From Eledone cirrhosa (Eukaryota): 64,000 bases of DNA. Shown here in pieces: positions 58,210-64,000 of the stretch. Where the stretch lies: assembly GCA_964016885.1 (NCBI GenBank), contig OZ024746.1, forward strand, positions 57,102,001 to 57,166,000. The letters are read 5' to 3'. The first letter of the stretch is position 1. Each line of letters starts with the position of its first letter. The notes under the pieces were generated by a model. The model did not search any database, was not told where the DNA came from, and saw nothing but the letters and a program-made list of their open reading frames with translations. The position numbers and the translations under genes are program-made.

Positions 58210-59466
58210 GCAATTTCGAAGTTGATGTCATCCTCATTGCCCGAAAGTCGGTGATTAATTTCGACGACTCTATTTGGATTACAAAATCCAATAGTACCCC
58301 ATTCGACGTGAGTATGGGCGCCAGTAATTCTGACGAGGTTACTGATCTTATCGGCCTTTTCCTTCTTTTCTCTATCAAGGATGAATTCCCCAACGCGGAC
58401 TAAGTGTGGACCTCGTGCTTGCGACAGGTTCAGAAAAGAACTCACAGCCTTCTTTAAAGGCTTCAACCTCTCTATACAGGTTGAGGCCGATCTCTCGGTC
58501 GTTAATTACCTCGACGTTGCCCTCAATTTATTGAATGGGTTGTATTACCCGTATAGAAAGCCGAATGATACGCTTAATTACATAAGGAAGCATTCCAACC
58601 ATCCCGCCAGCATAACCAAGAACCTGGTCAGAAACGTTTCGTTGAGGCTTTCCCGTCTTTCCACCAACGAGCGTATTTTCAACGACCATTCCACGTATTA
58701 CAATGAAGCTCTTGCTCGAAGTGGATTTGTCGATAAGGTAGCATATACAGAGTACGAAAATACACCTATAAGAAATAGATCCCGTCGCATTTGTTGGTTT
58801 AACCCACCGTATAATATGGAGGTGGCGACACCATTAGCTAAGATCTTTCTTTCCCTTATTACGAGGCATTTTCCTCCTACACATAAATATAGTAACATTT
58901 TTAATAGAAATACTATTAAAATGTCTTACTCTACGACTCCTAACCTTGCACATAACACCAGAGTTTCAAATTTAGCTAAAGTACCTAGCCGTAGGAACAC
59001 GTGCGACCCTGTAGTTAGTACTAACTGTAATTGTAGGAATCGGGTTGATTGCCCCCTATCCGGGAAATGCCTCTCTTGTAACATTGTCTACAAATGTAAG
59101 GTTGTAACACCCACGTCCCGTAGAGCCTACATAGGGTTAACCGCCAATAGATTCAAGCAGCGTCTTTACATGCAAACCCATTCTTTTCGTTACCCTCTAA
59201 GAAGGAATATGACGTCACTTTCAGCTTATATCTGGACCCTAAAAGACAACCACACCCAATATAAGTTACACTGGGAGATCCTAACTCGGGCTAGATCGTA
59301 TAACGGAAATAAAAGACCATGTGACCTCTGCGCGGCTGAGGCCCTGGAAATACTCTACGCCACAGACCACATCTTAAACAAAAAATCTGAGGCAATTTCG
59401 GCTTGTAAACATAAATTGCACAAAGCTTTCCTGTATTACAGCCCCACGTTATACCCTAACGGATAG
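58210..59466 (+). pseudogene. Family C RT/GIY-YIG ORF, 5'-truncated, with the YRDD segment deleted near 58395
   Basis: FDVSMGASNSDEVTDLIGLFLL in the upstream frame, then ORF 58381-59466 (VNYLDV, YRKP, WFNPP, CNC..CPL..C, YIGLT, CDLC, CKH); no YRDD between them. Confidence 0.88.
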
Positions 59467-60397
59467 TACGATCTATACGTGGATATTTTACGTCTTGATG
59501 TGGGAGCTAAGTATATGTTTGTTTATAACATTACTTATTTGCATAGGTAAGTATATATTACCCGTATGTTTTGTGAAGGTACGTATACCTTCTGTACGTA
59601 CATTTGATTGTTTATGTTATGGCGTATAATTTCATATTTTCTGGTACATATGGTTTGGCCTTGTGTATATGGGAGTTTTGCGTCTGTGTGAGTATGCTGG
59701 TTCGTACGTATGGTGGGTGTGTGTATATGTGTACTTCATGTTTTGGTTGACTTACGTCTCCGAACATTCGTGTATTTACATGTAGGTATGTGTGTGCGCT
59801 TGCTATATACGTATTTATTTATATACGTTTATATAATTATTTATTTATTTGTATGCACGCATACACACACACACATATTTATATGTGCGTGGTTTTGTAT
59901 ACCTATAGTAAGTGTTTTGCGTATGCTTGTGTATGTACGTATTTGTTTGCGTGTATGTATTTATTTATTTCTATTACTTCTGTATTGTATTTATTTACTT
60001 TGTTCTTAACTCTGTAGCGGAGATTCATTCGGTCTCCTAGTTAGAATTTTCGTCTACGACTTCTGCTATAACATTTACGTGGTTTTGCCTTTGCGTGCTA
60101 TTGTTCTCCACGCTCCACATATGACGTATTATCTTCGTTTTTTTCGTTCGTTGCCAGAGAACGTCTCTATGAACCACCTAAGAGAACATTAGTCTACGAC
60201 CACTTTTATACCATAAATGTGGTTCTGTCTTTGCGCGTAATTGTTTTTCACCGCTCCTATTAATGACGTATTATATTCGTTTTTTCTCGTTCTGTGCCAG
60301 CGAACGTTACCACGAACCAAAGTATCGTCTTCCTGTCTTCCTCCGGTTGGAAGGTTTTTTGAAATATCCACTTCTGCGTTTACAGATTGACCTTGTT

Positions 60398-60448
60398 AGT
60401 TTCAGAAAATCCCGTCAAGTGTGAAAGCAGCGATTCTTTGCTTAAACT
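60398..60448 (+). ncRNA. Hammerhead-like fold with CAGA (U4A) core, family C
   Basis: AGUUU-CAGAAAA-stem II-GAAA-GCA(9 nt)UGC-UU^AAACU. Related copies at 58112-58162(-), 44544-44594(+) and ~44468-44517(-). Confidence 0.6.
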
Positions 60449-60579
60449 TTAATCTGTTATTTTAATAAATATTTGCTCTACGGTTCTCATATATTTGATA
60501 TATATTTATGCTTATCGAGCCCTCTTTGGATTTTAGTCTTCAAATTTATTATTATTACTATTATTATTATTATTATTAT

Positions 60580-60633
<54 letters not shown>

Positions 60634-60791
60634 ATACTTTGGGAGGGTCATATTGCCAATAAGAGACACACGCACCAGACGCTTTCACTTCAATTTATTA
60701 TATATTTATAAATTTATAAATTTACAAATCTACAAACTTATAAATTTCTGGTTGATTGGTTGGTTCCACAACCAGATAGTTGTTTATATAT

Positions 60792-60836
60792 AGTCATAGT
60801 CCTTTCGTCACACACTCTGTGACCTCTTCAGTGACT
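60792..60836 (-). ncRNA. Minimal hammerhead, family B, inverted-arm copy
   Basis: Reverse complement of 62048-62092. Confidence 0.8.
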
Positions 60837-62047
60837 GGGGATTCATTTCTTTGTTTCTGTGCCTTTCCTTTCTTCTATCCTACGCCATTTTGTTTCTGTG
60901 TGTGTGTTGTGTGCTCAGTTTGCGCATGCGCCACATCCGGGTGTATGTGTGTGTTTTTGTGTTCATTTATCTATTTGTTTATTTATTTATTTATTTATTT
61001 ATTGTTGGTTGGTTGGTTGTTCTATGTGTGTGTGTGTTTTCATTTTTTCTTGTGTGTTTTCATTTTGTCTTTAATTGTAAGTTGTTTGTTCTATGTGTGT
61101 GTGTGTTTTCATTTTGTCCTGTGTGTGTTTTCATTTTGTCCTTAATTGTAAGTTGTGATGTTGCTGTTCCACTCATATTTTCTATTTAATTGTGGTTGTA
61201 ATTCTTTTATGCTTACTGACTCTGTAATTTGCCTAAACATTGCATCTTTTCTGTGTGTGGATTCTATTTTTATTTCTATGTTCTCTAATCTACCCCTGTG
61301 TTCTATCTTAGCATGTTGGTAGAGCACAGATGATTCTTTATTATCTTGAAGGTCTCGCCAGTGTTCATTTATTCGTTCCCCTATACTACGAGCTGTCTCA
61401 CCTATGTACACTATATTTTTGTTTCTACATTGTCCTTCAGTACATCTTATGCTATACACTACATTTCTAGTTTTACAGTTAATATGGGGGCTTATTTTAC
61501 AGGTTATACGTTTCTTATCTATACATGAGGGTCTTTGGAACGGGTATGTCTTGCTAATAAGTGTTTTTACGGAGGTACCTGGTCTTTCTACTATCTTAAT
61601 ATTGAGTTATTTTTTTTTTTAGAGAACATAGAAATAAAAATAGAATCCACACACAGAAAAGATGCAATTTTTAGGCAAATTTAGAGGCAGTAAGCATAAA
61701 AGAATTACAACCAAAATTAAATAGAAAATATGAGTGGAACAGCAACATCACAACTTACAATTAAGGACGAAATGAAAACACACACACACATAGAACAAAC
61801 AACTTACAATTAAAGACAACATGAAAACACACAGGACAAAATGAAAACACACACACACATAGAACAAACAACCAACCAACAATAAATAAATAAATAAATA
61901 AATAAACAAATAGATAAATGAACACAAAAACACACACATACACCCGGATGTGGCGCATGCGCAAACTGAGCACACAACACACACACAGAAACAAAATGGC
62001 GTAGGATAGAAGAAAGGAAAGGCACAGAAACAAAGAAAGGAATCCCC

Positions 62048-62092
62048 AGTCACTGAAGAGGTCACAGAGTGTGTGACGAAAGGACTATGACT
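62048..62092 (+). ncRNA. Minimal type I hammerhead (family B)
   Basis: AGUCA-CUGAAGA-G-GUCACA..UGUGAC-GAAA-G(GA)C-UA^UGACU; predicted cleavage after 62087. Confidence 0.8.
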
Positions 62093-62310
62093 ATATATAA
62101 ACAACTATCTGGTTGTGGAACCAACCAACCAACCAGAAATTTATAAGTTTGTAGATTTGTAAATTTATAAATTTATAAATATATAATAAATTGAAGTGAA
62201 AGCAACTGGTGCGTATGTTTCTTATTGGCAATATGACCCTCCCAAAGTATAACAATATCGGTTTCAACACACGATTTCAGATAAAGAATCTTGCTAAACA
62301 AATTCAGAAA

Positions 62311-62401
<91 letters not shown>

Positions 62402-63661
62402 CACATATATGTTTTCATTCATATGGTATTTATATTGGTGAGCAATTGTCTTATGTAAGATATATGTTACTCCTTAGATGTTGAAGACATTGAGATTTCT
62501 TATTGACCGCTATTTCTAGCGGCAATTTGGACTGGTCACATTATTTAGCTTTAAAATGATCTCTGCATGCGTGTAATATTATTTTATTCTTACACTATAT
62601 TTTTTTTTACACTTTACAGAAACCCTCTGGGGAAAACATCTTCTAGCAGAATGGACTGTCTCAACCTATTGGGATGATCAATACTCTACTGGATCTTGGA
62701 AACTGCATTAACGGAATTTAGCGAAGCCTTGTACTCTCGGTTGTATCACGCCATGAAACCTGGATAAGCACCGGCCAAATGAGTCTTCTGGTTTAAGACA
62801 GATTTTAGACTTTAGACTTGAAAATGTGAAGTTCAGTGTAGATATTAAAATATTCTTTATTAACAAAGCTGTAATACATATATCAATGACGATCGTTGCT
62901 ACGTAATTGTTCAATCATACATCAAGTCACGTGATATCATGCGACATCATCTTATATTATAAAGATACGTTTTCAACGTTTTCAAGGCAATCCATTCTAA
63001 AGACAAGTTCATTCCTAACAAGTCCGTTCCCTTGTCTTTCGTCTGGATTGCCTAGGAAACATAACATATGCCATAGTTCTTTTTTTTACCACTGTAACAT
63101 GGTTTAAGCTGCAGCAAAGAAGCGCATTTATTTTCGATGAAAGTAGAAGTGAGATGAGTGCCAATCCATGGGTAATCCTTTCAAACAGGATAATCTAGTA
63201 TTAAATTATAATTGGTTTGGTCTTTAACCAATGATTATTATAGGTTCTTACCCGCTTTAGATTAAAAAAAAAAAAATCAACCGAGACAACCTAGAAAAAT
63301 GGCGTCCCACGTGCTGGCCTCCCCACAGAGTGGTGGACAGAATGGAGAAGGCGTTTCCCCGGAGGATGGTAAGGGAGGATATGACTTTTACCATTCCAAG
63401 AGCATATTTTATTAAGGGATTGAGATTATCTCACCCACATTCGGATTATTTCGCCAGTTTCTTTTTATATTTGGTTAATTTGTTCATGATAGATATATTA
63501 TCCTCTGTGTGGATTACAATACTTTTTTTTATATGCGTTCTTTGAGTATAACATGCAGTTAATTGCCTAAATGCCTCCCGGTTTGTGTCTATAGTAACAT
63601 CTCAGATTATGATTGTTTTATTCTTCTCTGAGGCCCTTTCCTCCTATTCCGTTGTTTGTGC

Positions 63662-63845
63662 GATTGGCAGTATCGGTAGAGGGTCTGACGCCATGCTTTG
63701 CAGCAAAGAGATATGGCCCTTCATGGTCTGACTTCTAATCCCGCCGAGGGTTACTTTGCTTTCCATCCTCACAAGTTCGGTAAAAGAAAGTACCAGTAAT
63801 ATACTGGATTAATTGTTGACCTTGTGCCAAAAGTAGAAACAATTA
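63662..63845 (+). mobile_element. tRNA-derived SINE
   Basis: Collinear with 47459-47636. Confidence 0.85.
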
Positions 63846-64000
63846 CATTACGTAGAGTAGGTGTAACTTCCACTGTATCTAAATCTCAAATATTTCATGC
63901 CTTCGGATATGTTCGTGCTTAGCTAACCCTGTGCAGGCTAAGAAAATGTTTTTATTTGTTTCTTCTTCACTTCCATTTCTTCCACAGTAATTTTCTGTGA

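Larger units (their letters stand above)
58091..60583. mobile_element. Naiad-like PLE family C: short inverted 3'-end copy (58091-58206) followed by a plus-strand body with tail
   Basis: 58091-58206 is the reverse complement of ~60355-60471; ORF homologous to family A; (TA)n flanks. Confidence 0.92.
60628..62312. mobile_element. Family B foldback (minus arm 60628-61610 with GIY-YIG ORF 61142-61459; plus arm 61621-62312 with tail)
   Basis: Arms are reverse complements joined by a T run; (TA)n on both sides. Confidence 0.92.

Overview
AT-rich eukaryotic repeat DNA with no convincing host gene. The tRNA-derived SINEs resemble those I recall from octopus genomes, so the host is probably an octopod cephalopod (inference). 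Most ORFs in the supplied track are (TA)n/(CA)n artefacts. The window is dominated by Penelope-like retroelements (PLEs; RT plus C-terminal GIY-YIG endonuclease): several Naiad-like families and a second clade with YIGETARS/YSRYVDD motifs, nearly all inserted in (TA)n. Two signals stand out. (1) Most insertions, from 5.2 kb to about 180 bp and in at least seven sequence families, are head-to-head foldbacks in which one arm stops at a fixed internal point and the other carries an extra 3' tail of about 35-110 nt. (2) The 3' ends carry type I hammerhead ribozyme (HHR) folds that differ by family: a U3-A8 core with a long stem II loop, a U4A (CAGA) core, minimal folds with tiny stem III, and a fold with an ~80-nt structured stem II. 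Relics of R4/Dong-, RTE- and Tx1-like LINEs are also present. All folds and alignments were done by eye, and boundaries are approximate.
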